DNA of 64,000 bases. Source: the human T2T-CHM13v2.0 reference genome, Homo sapiens. A model generated the notes under the pieces. The model did no database searches and was not told where the DNA came from. It saw only the letters and a list, made by a program, of their open reading frames with translations. The position numbers and the translations under genes are program-made. Positions 1 through 17,231 of this stretch are shown here, in pieces. The stretch lies in assembly GCF_009914755.1 (NCBI RefSeq), contig NC_060947.1. One strand, written 5' to 3'. Within the stretch, counting starts at the first letter, position 1. Each line of letters opens with the position of its first letter.

Positions 1-1965
<1,965 letters not shown>

Positions 1966-2028
1966 TATGATGTTAGCTGGTTATTTTGCTCGTTAGTTGA
2001 TGCAGTTTCTTCCTAGTCTCGATGGTCT

Positions 2029-3045
2029 TTACATTTTGGCATGATTTTGCAGCGGCTGGTACCGGTTGTTCCTTTCCACGTTTAGGGCTTCCTTCAGGAG
2101 CTCTTTTAGGGCAGGCCTGGTGGTGACAAAATCTCTCAGCATTTGCTTGTCTGTAAAGTATTTTATTTCTCCTTCACTTATGAAGCTTAGTTTGGCTGGA
2201 TATGAAATTCTGGGTTAAAAATTCTTTTCTTTAAGAATGTTGAATATTGGCCCCCACTCTCTTCTGGCTTGTAGAGTTTCTGCCGAGAGATCTGCTGTTA
2301 GTCTGATGGGCTTCCCTTTGTGGGTAACCCGACCTTTCTCTCTGGCTGCCCTTAACATTTTTTCCTTCATTTCAACTTTGGTGAATCTGACAATTATGTG
2401 TCTTGGAGTTGCTCTTCTCGAGGAGTATCTTTGTCGCGTTCTCTGTATTTCCTGAATCTGAATATTGGCCTGCCTTGCTAGATTGGGGAAGTTCTCCTGG
2501 ATAATATCCTGTAGAGTGTTTTCCAACTTGGTTCCATTCTCCCCGTCACTTTCAGGTACACCAATCAGACGTAGATTTGGCCTTTTCACATAGTCCCATA
2601 TTTCTTGGAGGCTTTGCTTGTTTCTTTTTATTCTTTTTTCTCTAAACTTCCCTTCTTGCTTCATTTCATTCATTCCATCTTCCATCGCTGATACCCTTTC
2701 TTCCAGTTGATTGCATCGGCTCCTGAGGCTTCTGCATTCTTTACGTAGTTCTCGAGCCTTGGTTTTCAGCTCCATCAGCTCCTTTAAGCACTTCTCTGTA
2801 TTGGTTATTCTAGTTATACATTCTTCTAAATTTTTTTCAAAGTTTTCAACTTCTTTGCCTTTGGTTTGAATGTCCTCCCATAGCTCGGAGTAATTTGATC
2901 GTCTGAAGTCTTCTTCTCTCAGCTCGTCAAAGTCATTCTCCGTCCACCTTTGTTCCGTTGCTGGTGAGGAACTGTGTTCCTTTGGAGGAGGAGAGGCGCT
3001 CTACTTTTTAGAGTTTCCAGTTTTTCTGCTCTGTTTTTTCCCCAT
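2029..3045 (-). pseudogene. L1 ORF1 (RNA-binding chaperone), disrupted
   Basis: ATG GGG AAA AAA CAG at 3045, TAA at 2029; 1017 nt is the canonical length. Nonsense codons at 3001-3003 (TAG) and 2215-2217 (TAA). The ORF-track peptide 2215..2775 is ORF1p. Confidence 0.95.
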
Positions 3046-3495
3046 CTTTGTGGTTTTATCTACTTTTGGTCTTTCATGATGGTGATGTACAGATGGGTTT
3101 TTGGTGTGGATGTCCCTTCTGTTTGTTAGTTTTCCTTCTAACAGACAGGACCCTCAGCTGCAGGTCTGTTGGAGTACCTGGCCGTGTGAGGTGTCAATCT
3201 GCCCCTGCTGGGGGTGCCTCCCAGTTAGGCTGCTTGGGGTCAGGGGTCAGGGACCCACTTGAGGAGGCAGTCTGCCCGTTCTCAGATCTCCAGCTGCGTG
3301 CTGGGAGAACCACTGCTCTCTTCAAAGCTGTCAGACAGGGACATTTAAGTCTGCAGAGGTTACTGCTGTCTTTTTGTTTGTCTGCCCTGCTCCCAGAGGT
3401 GGAGCCTACAGAGGCAGGCAGGCCTCCTTGAGCTGTGATGGACTCCACCCAGTTCAAGCTTCCCGGCTGCTTTGTTTACCTAAACAAGCTGGGCA

Positions 3496-3804
3496 ATGGT
3501 GGGCGCCCCTCCCCCAGCCTTGCTGCCGCCTTGCAGTTTGATCTCAGGCTGCTGTGCTAGCAATCAGCGAGACTCCGTGGGTGTAGGACCCTCCGAGCCA
3601 GGTGCGGGATATAATCTCCTGGTGCGCCGTTTTTTAAGCCCGTCGGGAAAGCGCAGTATTCGGGTGGGAGTGACCCGATTTTCCAGGTGCCATCTGTCAC
3701 CCCTTTCTTTGACTAGGAAAGGGAACCCCCTGACCCGTTGTACTTCCCGAGTGAGGCAATGCCTCGCCCTGCTTTGGCTCACGCACGGTGCGCACACCCA
3801 CTGA
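3496..3804 (+). CDS. L1 antisense ORF0-like open frame (102 aa); expression not shown
   Basis: MVGAPPPALLPPCSLISGCCASNQRDSVGVGPSEPG matches primate L1 ORF0; start context gcaATGG. Confidence 0.6.
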   Translation: MVGAPPPALLPPCSLISGCCASNQRDSVGVGPSEPGAGYNLLVRRFLSPSGKRSIRVGVTRFSRCHLSPLSLTRKGNPLTRCTSRVRQCLALLWLTHGAHTH

Positions 3805-3944
3805 CCTGTGCCCACTGTCTGGCACTCCCTAGTGAGATGAATCTGGTACCTCAGATGGAAATGCAGAAATCACCCATCTTCTGCGTGGCTCATGCTGGGA
3901 GCTGTAGACCGGAGCTGTTCCTATTCGGCCATCTGGGCTCCTCC

Positions 3945-4179
3945 TTGAGGGAGATTTTCTTCTTCTCCAGGAAACCTCAGATTTTGCTTTTAAGGCCTTC
4001 AAGTGATTGGATGAGGCCCACCCAAATTTTTCAGAATAGTTTGATTTGCTTAAAGTCAACTAATTGTGGGTGTTCACTATTTCTACAAAATATCTTTATA
4101 GAAACACCTAGAACAGTGTTTGACTAAATAACTGGGTACTCTCATTTGGCCAAGTTCACACAGAAAATTAACCATCAAG
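3945..4179 (-). mobile_element. MLT2 (ERVL) LTR, partial; 3' LTR of the provirus, interrupted by the L1
   Basis: taaggccttcaagtgattggatgaggcccaccca and terminal aaaattaaccatca, typical of MLT2. Confidence 0.8.
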
Positions 4180-5207
4180 ACCACCTATTATCAAGTTGGT
4201 GTTTATACTTCTATCTTTATACCATGCTTACTCTCCAAAAATATACAATGATAAAGTCATATTACCACTTAATCTGATACATCTATCCTGTGTACAACAG
4301 AAAATGCACTAATCCTTTCTCCAAAAAGAGGATTCAAAGTCTTTCAGTGATGTTCACTCTTCTCCCTTGATAACCTGTAATTTAAATATGATGGTGTAAA
4401 ACTAACTATTGTTAATATACGTTGAGAAGACCAGGCCCCTTCTTCATTTAAGGGGTTCTGTATTGGTAAATAGGCTCACATCTTTGAATTGACTAAAGGG
4501 TCACAATTCTCTGCTTTTATGATTCAAGTGAGACTTTTACTCACTTGACCTAGGACTTTTCTGCTTATACAGATCATGTAAGAATTTAGTAGACTTCTCA
4601 TCTGTTTCACTTCTAGGAAAACTATGAAAAGCTAATCAGTGTCATAGCACTCTACAAGTTAGATACTTTGATCACTGCTTTAATTCTACCATTCATTGGA
4701 ATAACTGTGCCCACTTTGTTTTGGGTGATTAGGTGGGCAGCCTTTGGTCTTTGCATCACAAGATGTGTTTATCCCTGTGGCATTTAAGGTTCCCTGTTTG
4801 ATGGCAAAGCTTCTTAGTGTAAATCCTGACGTATACAGAGGAGTGACTATAGAACACTTCAAAGCTGGTGGGGCTTCTCTCACAAATTTATTTCTCACAG
4901 TCATGGTAAAAAAAAATGTAAACTCTAGACACTCCAGGGTGACTTAGTAGGTCTTAAGGATAAATCTACTCTAACATTCCTGTCTCCTTATGCCTTTGTA
5001 TACCCTCTTCTACACCATAGCAATGCAGTTCTGGCAATACAATTTTATTTCGTGTAGGCCATCTTTTGGTTGATGTTCCAGCCTACCAACTGTACAAACT
5101 GACCTTTCTATCCCTTCAAGCTACAACAATAAATTCAGAATTTGTGCTTATAGGTACCATATTTTAAAAATTGGCCTAATATCACTTTATGTTCCTTCCA
5201 TCATTAT

Positions 5208-5282
5208 CTCTAATATTCACCTTTTAATATTAATCCCTAAATTATTTCTAATATTCACCCTTTAATATTAATCCCTAAATAT
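5208..5282. repeat. ~38-bp tandem duplication
   Basis: tctaatattcacc(t/c)tttaatattaatccctaaat occurs twice. Confidence 0.85.
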
Positions 5283-5470
5283 ATTACCCAGATTTATGCC
5301 TGTATAATTTGGAAAAATCTTGCAGTTCTTTTGACATGTGACATACCTCCTCATGGGTCACACTTTGTACCTCACCCTGTGGGACCCACTGGAACTTGAG
5401 TCTAGTGATAGATTCAGAAACAAAGATGGGTGGCAAAAGTAGGCCCTTAAGAAAATTAATAGAGCCTTGC

Positions 5471-5824
<354 letters not shown>

Positions 5825-6544
5825 TCAGGGAAAGCAGGGTTAATCTCCTCAGACAGGGGTGGAAAAGCTTCTTGTATTACTAATGAAGACTTAGCAGAAT
5901 TTAGAGATTTCTTGTCCCCGGCTTTACTGAAACCATCCTATATATCCCCATTCCAAATTTCTGGATCATATTCTTTCTCAATCAATGCCCTTATTGTAAG
6001 AGAAGACACCTGTGATGTTGGGAATTCAATTTGCATTGTAATTTAGTCGCTTGCAAAATATTATCATGCATTTGGATTTCAGAATTTTTAGACTTGCAGC
6101 TACATGATATAAGGGTTTTCTTTTGGGACATAGAATATTTCACATCATTTTTGTGGCACTTTATCAGGTAATTTGAAGCCATGAGTTCAAATTTAAAAGG
6201 CTTTCCTTCCCACAGTGTCTTTATTGCAGTTAGGAACAACCAGCCAATCTTACTATAATCCTTAGTTTGGTTAAAATATTCTAAGGTATGAAATCATCAT
6301 CATCCAGAATCTTACTTTTTGTAAGTATTTGATTCAAAGTATCTCATAGTAATATTTTTATATCCCTATTGTCATACCAGACCATGGACTACCAGTGTCC
6401 TCTTTACCACTGCAGATAGTGAAGGCAGCTTTCAGCGCCTTCAAATCTAATCAGATTACAGAACCAACTCCAAAAAAGTTATTAAAAAATTTGAAATTCA
6501 TCCTTAAGATTCTATCCTCTAGAACCACTCTCAGTACCAAAATC

Positions 6545-6977
6545 TGTATCAGCCAGGGTTCTCCAGAGAAAGAAACCCAATAGTATATATATATATACAC
6601 ATATTTATATACATATCCCCCCGAACACACACACACAAACACACAAACACACACAAAGAGACTAATTTTTAAGGAATTGCCCCATGTGTGCGATTATGTA
6701 GGCTTCCAAGTCCAAAATCTGTAGGGCAGGGCAGCAAGCTTAAAACTCAGGCAGGAATTGATGCTGCAGTCCTGAGACAGAATTTCTTCTCCAAGAAACC
6801 TCAATTTTTGCTCTTAAGGCTTTCAACTAACTAGATGAAGGCAACCTAAATTATTGAGAGTAATTTCCATTACTTAAATTTAACCACATCTACACAACTT
6901 AAATGCAAAACTTAGTGTTTTATTAAATTATTGGTACTATAGCCTAGATAAATTGACACATAAAATGTGTCATATAC
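6545..6977 (-). mobile_element. MLT2 LTR (5' LTR of the ERVL provirus) with internal (TA)n/(CA)n
   Basis: tgtatcagccagggttctccagaga ... aaattgacacataaaat; similar to 3945-4179. Confidence 0.8.
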
Positions 6978-7099
6978 CATGACACATAACTTGTACTCTC
7001 TTTGGTTCTTGTTGATCCCCCCAACATTGTGAATCAACCGTAATAAAATGAATATTGGGTATCCTGAATGATCTATCCAAACAGAGCAACAAAGAATGG

Positions 7100-7269
7100 C
7101 AAAACATATATTGCATTTATCTCATGCTCTATTGTCTCGTCAGACTTCATTTACAAAATATAATTTCAAACAATAAATTATTAAGAGTTTCAATACAGTG
7201 ACAAACCAAGCATGAGGCTTTTCTGGCACAGAGCTTTGTGCAACAGCACAGTTTGTATTTCCATGAAGC
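7100..7269 (-). mobile_element. MER45-like hAT-Tip100 DNA transposon fragment; its terminus resumes at 16182-16193
   Basis: ctttgtgcaacagcacagtttgtatttccatgaagc|caacgctg resembles the MER45 end once the provirus is removed. Confidence 0.55.
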
Positions 7270-7746
7270 TGATGCAGTTCAGGCAAGCTCTGAAATCAGG
7301 GCTTAGCCTGGGAGGGTTCTTGGCTTGGCCCAGGAAATAATTCAAGGGTGAGCCAGTGGTATTACACAGCAACTTTTATTAAAGTGGCAGTGTGCAGCAG
7401 CAGCAGAGGTACTGTTTCTTGCTGAGCAGGGCTACCCCATAGGCAGTGTACCCAGAGTATCAGCAGTTCTGCAGTCATATTTATAGCCACATTTAATTAT
7501 ATGCAAATTATTTGTATATGATGCAGAAATTTCTAGAGAAATGGTGGTGACTTTCAGGTAGTCAGGTCATTGCCATGGAAAGAAACAGTAACTTCCAGGT
7601 CTTGCCATGGCAATGGTAAACTGACATGACACACTAGTGGGCATGTCATGGAATGTAGCTTCTGCTTCATCCCTGTTTTAGCTAGTCCTCAATTTGTTCC
7701 AGTGTCTGAGACCTACCTCCAGAATCAGGTCCCACCTCCTACCTCA
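7270..7746 (-). repeat. 3' LTR (MER66-like)
   Basis: tgatgcagttcaggcaagc...cccacctcctacctca; direct repeat of 15699-16181. Confidence 0.9.
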
Positions 7747-7789
7747 TTTTCTGCTCAGAGATGAGATACTCCTCCTTAATCTTAAGGGT

Positions 7790-9521
<1,732 letters not shown>

Positions 9522-9789
9522 AGTGTCTGGTTGGGCCTTAGAGTGGCCTTCACACCCAACAAGGACAAAAGAGATGTTTCCCAGGAGGAGGTGACTAGCT
9601 AAAGCAACAGAAAACAAGTATTACAGTCAGGAAGAAAAGAAAAATTAATGCTCCTATTTTCACCCACAGCATCATGTTACCACTTCTGGCTGACTGTTGA
9701 CTATTTTAAATAGGTAGCAGAGGTCCTCTGAAGGTTTACAAATGTAGGTCATAGTGTCCTCCCTTTGTACCTGTGACTTATAAGAATCA

Positions 9790-9960
9790 GGTTTAATCCT
9801 TGATAAGTGTACCCAAGTAGTGATTTCCTGAAGATTAACAGCAGTGGCAGTGCTTAACAATACCTGATAAAGGCCCTCCCGTTTTGGTTGTAATTAATCC
9901 TCAGAGGATTCTTCTTTTTACATTTTTTAGTAAGACTAAGTCTCCTGGTAGAATAAGGAA
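9790..9960 (-). pseudogene. Integrase C-terminal remnant (end of pol)
   Basis: PGDLVLLK ... PKREGLYQVLLSTATAVNLQEITTWVHLSRIKP, the GPY/F-type tail of class I ERV integrases. Confidence 0.8.
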
Positions 9961-12287
9961 GCTATTTTTTTTTCCATTGTGGAGAAGGGCAATATTTTAT
10001 TTTTATATTGGAGGGCCTTTTGCACCTGGCCTAAATTCTAAAGGGGAGAGGAAAGATTTATATAGCTAATTACTACAGACCAAGACCAGAGCATCTGAAC
10101 ACACAGAATCCATAAAGTTAATTTTATAACTTTGTTTCTTGGCTCCTAGTCTTTGGGTCCCACGCTGTTCAAAAGGTGTTCAAGGGCCAAGGGGTGCCAC
10201 CCACCTCCACTCTATTCAAGCCCAGTATATCCAAGTGGCTACATGTTCCCTGACTACAAGTCCCCAGGGCACAGGGACACAGTGGACTCGGGACTTGCAG
10301 AACACCACCCCAGCATTGGCACAGGACAAATTAAAAGCTTAAGCATCAACTCTGCCTTCTGAAGAAAATGCAGAAATACAAACAAAAATATCAAAATCTA
10401 TAGCCCCCAACAGACTGAATGAATGTCCCCACTCCTGGCCAAAGGGAATAGAGTTGGGCAAGCATGCACCAGCCCCCAAAACTCTTCTAAGTGATAGAAG
10501 AGTCAAAAACTAAAAGATAAAATAAGGTTGCAAATCAAAAAAATAGCAAGAGCATAGAATTAGGCTATACTGGAGAAAAACACTGCTCCTACAGACCTCT
10601 AAGACAAAACACTCTAGCATCAGAACACAACATTCAGAATCAAAGGAGAAAAACTCACAGAAGCTGACAAAAGTGCTAAAGGAGAGAGTTACATGAATCT
10701 GAGGTTTCAAAAGAAATAGATTACAGAATTGAAAAGCAAAATTTCTGATAATTTAGTAAACTAATACCTTACAAAATATCGTTTTAACATGTACACCATT
10801 CTTTAGAAAAATCTGTTATAAACAATTTCCTTTTAATTACAGCTAGCTTAATCACACACAAAATTCCTTTCAAAATTCCCCTTTACAAACCTTATCACCA
10901 GTTACACTGATCATCTACAACATGCTTGAACTTTGTAACTCATCCTATACTACCTCTTTCTTAAATAGCAAACCATTCTACTATAGAAGAATTTACTATA
11001 CAAGATCCCTTATTACACAAAATTACTCTTTCTTTATATCCTTCCTTGCAAAAATATATTTTCTATCCATAACTCCTCATGGTTTCCCTCACATTTTGAA
11101 CTTGCCTTTTAATAATTTCCAAATATGACAAAAATATTTTTCCCAGTAAAGAATACCTTTTTTGGTAACTTTTATACAAACCTAGGATGCAAGAAATCCT
11201 GAACTGCCTACCAGACAGTGGCATTCTATATGTGAGAACCATTCTACCATTTTAAGGTTTTAAACTACACAGAAAGCTCACTATTTAAGCATTTATTCCA
11301 TTCACATGTATTTAACTTTTTAAAATTTGAACAGTTTTATCTGGTTCACCTCCAAGAACCAAGATACTATGCAAAGCTAGTTCCCATTTAAAGCCATTTT
11401 AACCATTTTAAAGTCTATGAACATCACTGATTTACCTAGATAAAAATCTTACAATTAAACTTTAGAAGACAGAATATTCTCTTCAAACTAATAAGCTTAG
11501 ATTAGTCTTGTTTATGAATGCTCTTTTATTTATAATCTAGTTTGACAGCAAGCTAGACATGATATATATCACAATACCTGTATATACAACTAAACAAACG
11601 CATTAAATAAAATGACTTTTATGTGCCAAATGGATTCAAGTTATTTACAAAATTAGGAATCATCTACCTGGCCAAATTTTGTTTGCTCCAATAGGTATGG
11701 AAGACAGGAAGAGGCAGGGAAGGGGATCCCATAACATCAAATAAAGGAACAGGCAAACTGTGCTGCTCAAGGGGAGACCTCAGAGTCCCTGAGCCACCAG
11801 AAAGCTCATACAGCAGTGGAGACACTGAAGAAAAATGTTCTAGTGGCTACTTGGCTGCCACTGTGGGAAGCTGTCTGCTGGGTAAAGGGTCTGAGACTCA
11901 CAGTAAATGTACTTGAGCAATGCAGCTCATTGGAACTAGTGGAAGAAGGTTAGCTCCAGTATTGATGTGGAGCTTTCTCAATCTCTCTCTCTCTCTCTTT
12001 CTCTCTCTCTGTCTCCAGTTAAGACATTCTCATTGTCAATAGCCCTTTTGTGTATAGTAGACACACTGATTCTGACCCAGTGACCAGCAAGTCAGGGCTC
12101 TTGTCTGGGTATCCCAGATGCCAATCTAGCTACACCTTCTTGGAATGGGTAATTCTGAGGTGGGAGGGGACTGAAAGCAACTGTTAACAATTGCACTTTT
12201 TTGGCTATTTTTGGGAGTGTTTTTCACCTCTTTTTTTCTGTCCCTATTTTTTTTAAATATTAACTTTTATTCCCTGTTATACATGCT

Positions 12288-13080
12288 ATTTTTATTATTA
12301 TTATTATAGTTTAAGTTCTGGGGTACATGTGCAGAATGTGCAGGTTTGTTACATAGGTATACATGTGCCATGGTGGTTTGCTGCACCCATCAACCCATCA
12401 CCTACATTAGGTATTTCTCCTAATGCTATCCCTCCCCTAGTCCCCCAACCCCCAACAGGCCCCAGCGTGTGGTGTTCCCCTCCCTGTTCCATGTGTTCTC
12501 CTTGTTCAACTCCCACTTATGAGTGAGAATATGTGGTGTTTGGTTTTCTGTTCTTGTGATAGTTTGTTGAGAATAATGGTTTCCACCTTCATCCATGTCC
12601 CTGCAGAGGACATTAACTCATCCTTTTTTATGGCTGCATAGTATTCCATGGTGTATATGTGCCACATTTTCCTTATCCAGTCTATCACTGATGGACATTT
12701 GGGTTGGTTCCAAGTCTTTGCTATTGTGAATAGTGCTGCAATAAACATATGCGTGCATGTGTCTTTATAGTAGAACGATTTCTAATCCTTTGGGTATATA
12801 CCCAGTAATGGGATTGCTGGGTCAAATGGTATTTCTAGTTCTAGATCCTTGAGGAATTGCCACACTGTCTTCCACAATGGTTGAATTAATTTACACTCCC
12901 AACAGTGTAAAAGTGTTCCTATTTCTCCACATCCTCTCCAGCACCTGTTGTTTCCTGACTTTTTAATGATAGCCATTCTAACTGGCGTGAGAGGGTATCT
13001 CATTGTGGTTTTGATTTGCATTTCTCTAGTGACCAGTGATGATGAGCATTTTTTTATAAATTTGTTGACTGCATAAATGT
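12288..13080 (-). mobile_element. 5'-truncated L1PA6-8-like 3' end inside the provirus
   Basis: (TTA)n tail, L1PA 3'UTR, and ORF2 C-terminal peptides at 12506-13021. Confidence 0.93.
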
Positions 13081-13299
13081 AACTTTAAAGGCATTTTTAA
13101 GAGTTGACTCACAATGTTTTGAGGTCCCATTGCTGCTTTTTGTAGCTTCCTCCTAATTTCAGGGGCACATTGAGTAATAAAATATATACCCTAGAGGGTC
13201 TGTCCTTCTGGGAAGTTTGGGTTTGCATTAGTCTATTTATTGAATGCCTCAACTAAATGCTCCTGAAACAGAGTGGGATTTTTTTTTTACCTTTTTTCC

Positions 13300-14125
13300 T
13301 GAGTTATTTCTCTAACCTTGTCATAATTATCTGGCTTAACTACACACTTTCTCCTCCACATTTTTTCCCATGGAACAGCAAGCAGATGACAATACTTGTA
13401 AGTCGTGATAAGTTAAATCAAAGAACATAATTAATGTAACAAATTCCTGTATAGGCTTTTCTGAATTCTCTGAAAACTGGCCATGTTTTTCCTCATACAA
13501 AGCCAAATTAGACATAGAAAATGACACATGTACTATGAATGTTCCCCTGTTTCCATTAGCTACCTCCTGCAATGGACACAGGTTTTCCTTTAGGGGCTGA
13601 TGTGGGGACCCACCTCTGGTGGTATTGATTGGACTTACTTTTGTGGGGAGTGGAGGGTATATGCTGGGGATAGTTGGATAAGGGGGAGGGGTGCCCGATG
13701 ACCCTGGGATGGAATTCTCCATCAGAGGACTGGTGGAACCCCCCACTCAGAATTAGGGGACTGAGGAGAATCCAGGGAAGAGGCAGGCCTTCTGGGGCGG
13801 GGGGCAGCTGGGAGAGAATCCCTTAGGCATGTCTTTCTGGTGCCTAGAAGTAACATGAGCCAGTAAAGTGCCATGAAAACCTGTACATAAGGGACTTCTT
13901 GCCATTTTCCTTCTTTTTTACATGACAAGTCCAATTGTAAAATACTATTATAATGTACAGACCATGTTTAGGCCATATCTGTTGGTTTACTAACTTATGT
14001 TGAACCCAAATGGTGTTGCAATAGAAAATGAGTTTATTTTTTCTTTCAGCCAAATTTGAATTTGCTACAATCGCCTATAAAACATCCTAGTGGTGAGTCT
14101 CTGGTATGCTTATCACTGTCCCCAT
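13300..14125 (-). pseudogene. gag remnant (MA and N-terminal CA)
   Basis: MGTVISIP..., [28 protein letters not shown] and LCPLQEVANG...VHVSFSMSNL...FDLTYHDLQVL, spread over shifted frames. Confidence 0.85.
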
Positions 14126-15677
14126 GATAAACAAGGATATTTTTCTGGACACAGAAGTCTTTTTAAGTACAGTGAGAGGGACATAAACTGAGCACGTGTT
14201 TTGTTTTGTTTTTTTCCTTTTATGTTGCCACTTCCTGCAGAGAAGTTGTACGTATAGGGAGCAAGGCATTACAAAAGTGGATTATGAGCTACAAATGAGT
14301 ACTAGCATATTAATACTAAATTCCACAGAAAGCAGCAGTTGGGCAGAGAGAGGGGCTAAAAAATGGTGACTGTGGAAGGGAAGGGGGCAAACAGCATTGC
14401 CCAAAGGGAGATCTCAGAGGGCCCTGACTTGCCAGTAGTGGAAACACCAAAAAAAAATGTTTAGGTGGCCGCTTTTCTACCTGGTCATCTGTCAGGCCAG
14501 GGGCCTGGGAACCCCCAGGTTCTTCACCCAAGGGGGATTGAGCAAGGCAGTTTTATGTCAGCACACAGGGATGGGTCTGCAACTGGAAAATAATGACTTC
14601 TATCTTTAGGGCAGAAAAAGATGAGACCAATATTCTCCTAGCTGGAGGGGCTATAACTCACAATCCTAGAGGAACTGTCAATGCTGAAAATCCCAGATCA
14701 TCTGGGGGTGGCCAAAAATACCAACGTTGAAAACCTAGAATGCCTGAGTTTCAGCCAATGGGGGTCCCCTCACAGAATGCCAAAATCCCTGGGGCACCCA
14801 GTGGGCAGCCAACAGTGAACCCAAGACCATGTTGGCATCACAGAACAATGTGACTCTTGTGTCCCTGAGTCAACACAATGGGAGACCTCTCACAATTAAG
14901 TGTCCTGCCTTAAACAATTGTCTAAACATAGAACACAGTTAACAGAAACTCAAAAGCAAACATAATACTAAAAATGAAACATACATTTTGTGACTAAAAT
15001 TAAAACTACTGATTGGTAGAAAAATAAAATGGAGTCAGAGGAGAAAGGACTGGGAGAAGGGGTGACAAGGTGCTTCAGGACACCCAAATGACAGGGGAAT
15101 TTTAACTGACCACTTAGCCAAAGGCTTTTATTTTATTTTCTAGTTCTCCCAATATTAAAAAGGAAGCAGAGAAAACACTCACCCATCCACAGGAACCAAA
15201 ATGGCACCAACCAATCTTTCATGTGTGACCCAAGTGAAGATCTCTCTAAGTTCCCTCAGCTTGGGTGGGGTTGGCTATTGTGCAGTGGGGGCAGCACAGA
15301 GACTGGTAATCCACTGGTCTGCTGGTTGGAGCAGTGGGTCTTACATGAGGCAGTGGTACTATGGCCACTTGCCCATCTGCTCGGCTCCGTCACCTGACAG
15401 AGAAAATGATGGCTCTGAAAAGAGCCTTTGGTTAGCATTACAGCTCTGTATTGTTAGCAGCTCTTTATTGTTAACAGCCTTAGTGTTACAGTTCTTGCAG
15501 CCTCTATCACAGACTGCTTTGCCATCTCTCTGCTCTTCATCTCACTGAACTCCCACTGTGTGGCCTACTGCCATCTCTTGTCATCTTTCACCAATTGCCA
15601 CCTCTCCAGTGATAATTGATTGCTACCATCTCTGCTGTCTTGCCTCTCTGCTGATCATTGCTATCTCTGCTGTCTTT

Positions 15678-15696
15678 GTCCCTTTGTTAGTTGCCA
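15678..15696 (-). promoter_or_regulatory. Primer binding site, most like tRNA-Arg
   Basis: TGGCAACTAACAAAGGGAC 2 nt after the 5' LTR, compared with the Arg PBS TGGCGACCACGAAGGGAC. Confidence 0.65.
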
Positions 15697-15698
15697 GA

Positions 15699-16181
15699 TG
15701 ATACAGGGCAGGAGAGCCCTGATATTGGGACTTAGCCCAGGAGGGTTCCTTGCTTGACCCAGGAAAAATTCAAGGACAAGCCAGTGGTGTTAGACTGAAA
15801 CTTTTATTTAATCAGCAGTGTATAGCAACAATGTACTGCTCCTTGCAGTGCAGGGCAACCCCATAGTTAGTGTGCCCAGAGTAGCAGCTCAGAGGCAGTT
15901 CTATAGTCATATTTGAACCCATATTTAATTATATGCAAATTAAGGGGCAGCCTATGCAGAAATTTCTAGGAAAAGTATGGTAAATTCCACTTTGTCAGGT
16001 CATTTCCATGAAAAGGGGTTGTAACTTTTGGGTCTCGCCATGGTAATGGTAAACTGACATGGCACACTGGTGCGTGTGTTTTATGGAAAGTTGCTTCTGC
16101 CCTGTCCCTGTTTTTGCTAGTACTCAATTTGGTCTGGGGTCCAAGCCCTGCCTCTGAAATCAAGTCCCACCTCCTACCTCA
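15699..16181 (-). repeat. 5' LTR (MER66-like)
   Basis: tgatacagggcaggagagccc...cccacctcctacctca, next to the PBS. Confidence 0.9.
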
Positions 16182-16394
16182 AAGCCAACGCTGGCTAGAC
16201 ATCGTTGAGTTTGAGAATGTGTTTCCCTAGAACTACACAGCTTTGTAGTTCAGTTCTTCAGGCTTCATTTTGATGTTTTCCTTTCATCTTAGTCTCTAAC
16301 TTGTGATAATTTAAAACAATAGCCTTGGGTGGACAAGTGCCAATAATTAGCTACATGCTTGTGGTTGCATCTCAGGTACCTCTTCAGTATAAGT

Positions 16395-17223
<829 letters not shown>

Positions 17224-17231
17224 CTATAAGT

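Noticed and set aside
15500-15680. CT-rich quasi-repeats (gccatctct/ctgctgtc)
   Set aside because: Typical repetitive leader between PBS and gag in class I ERVs.
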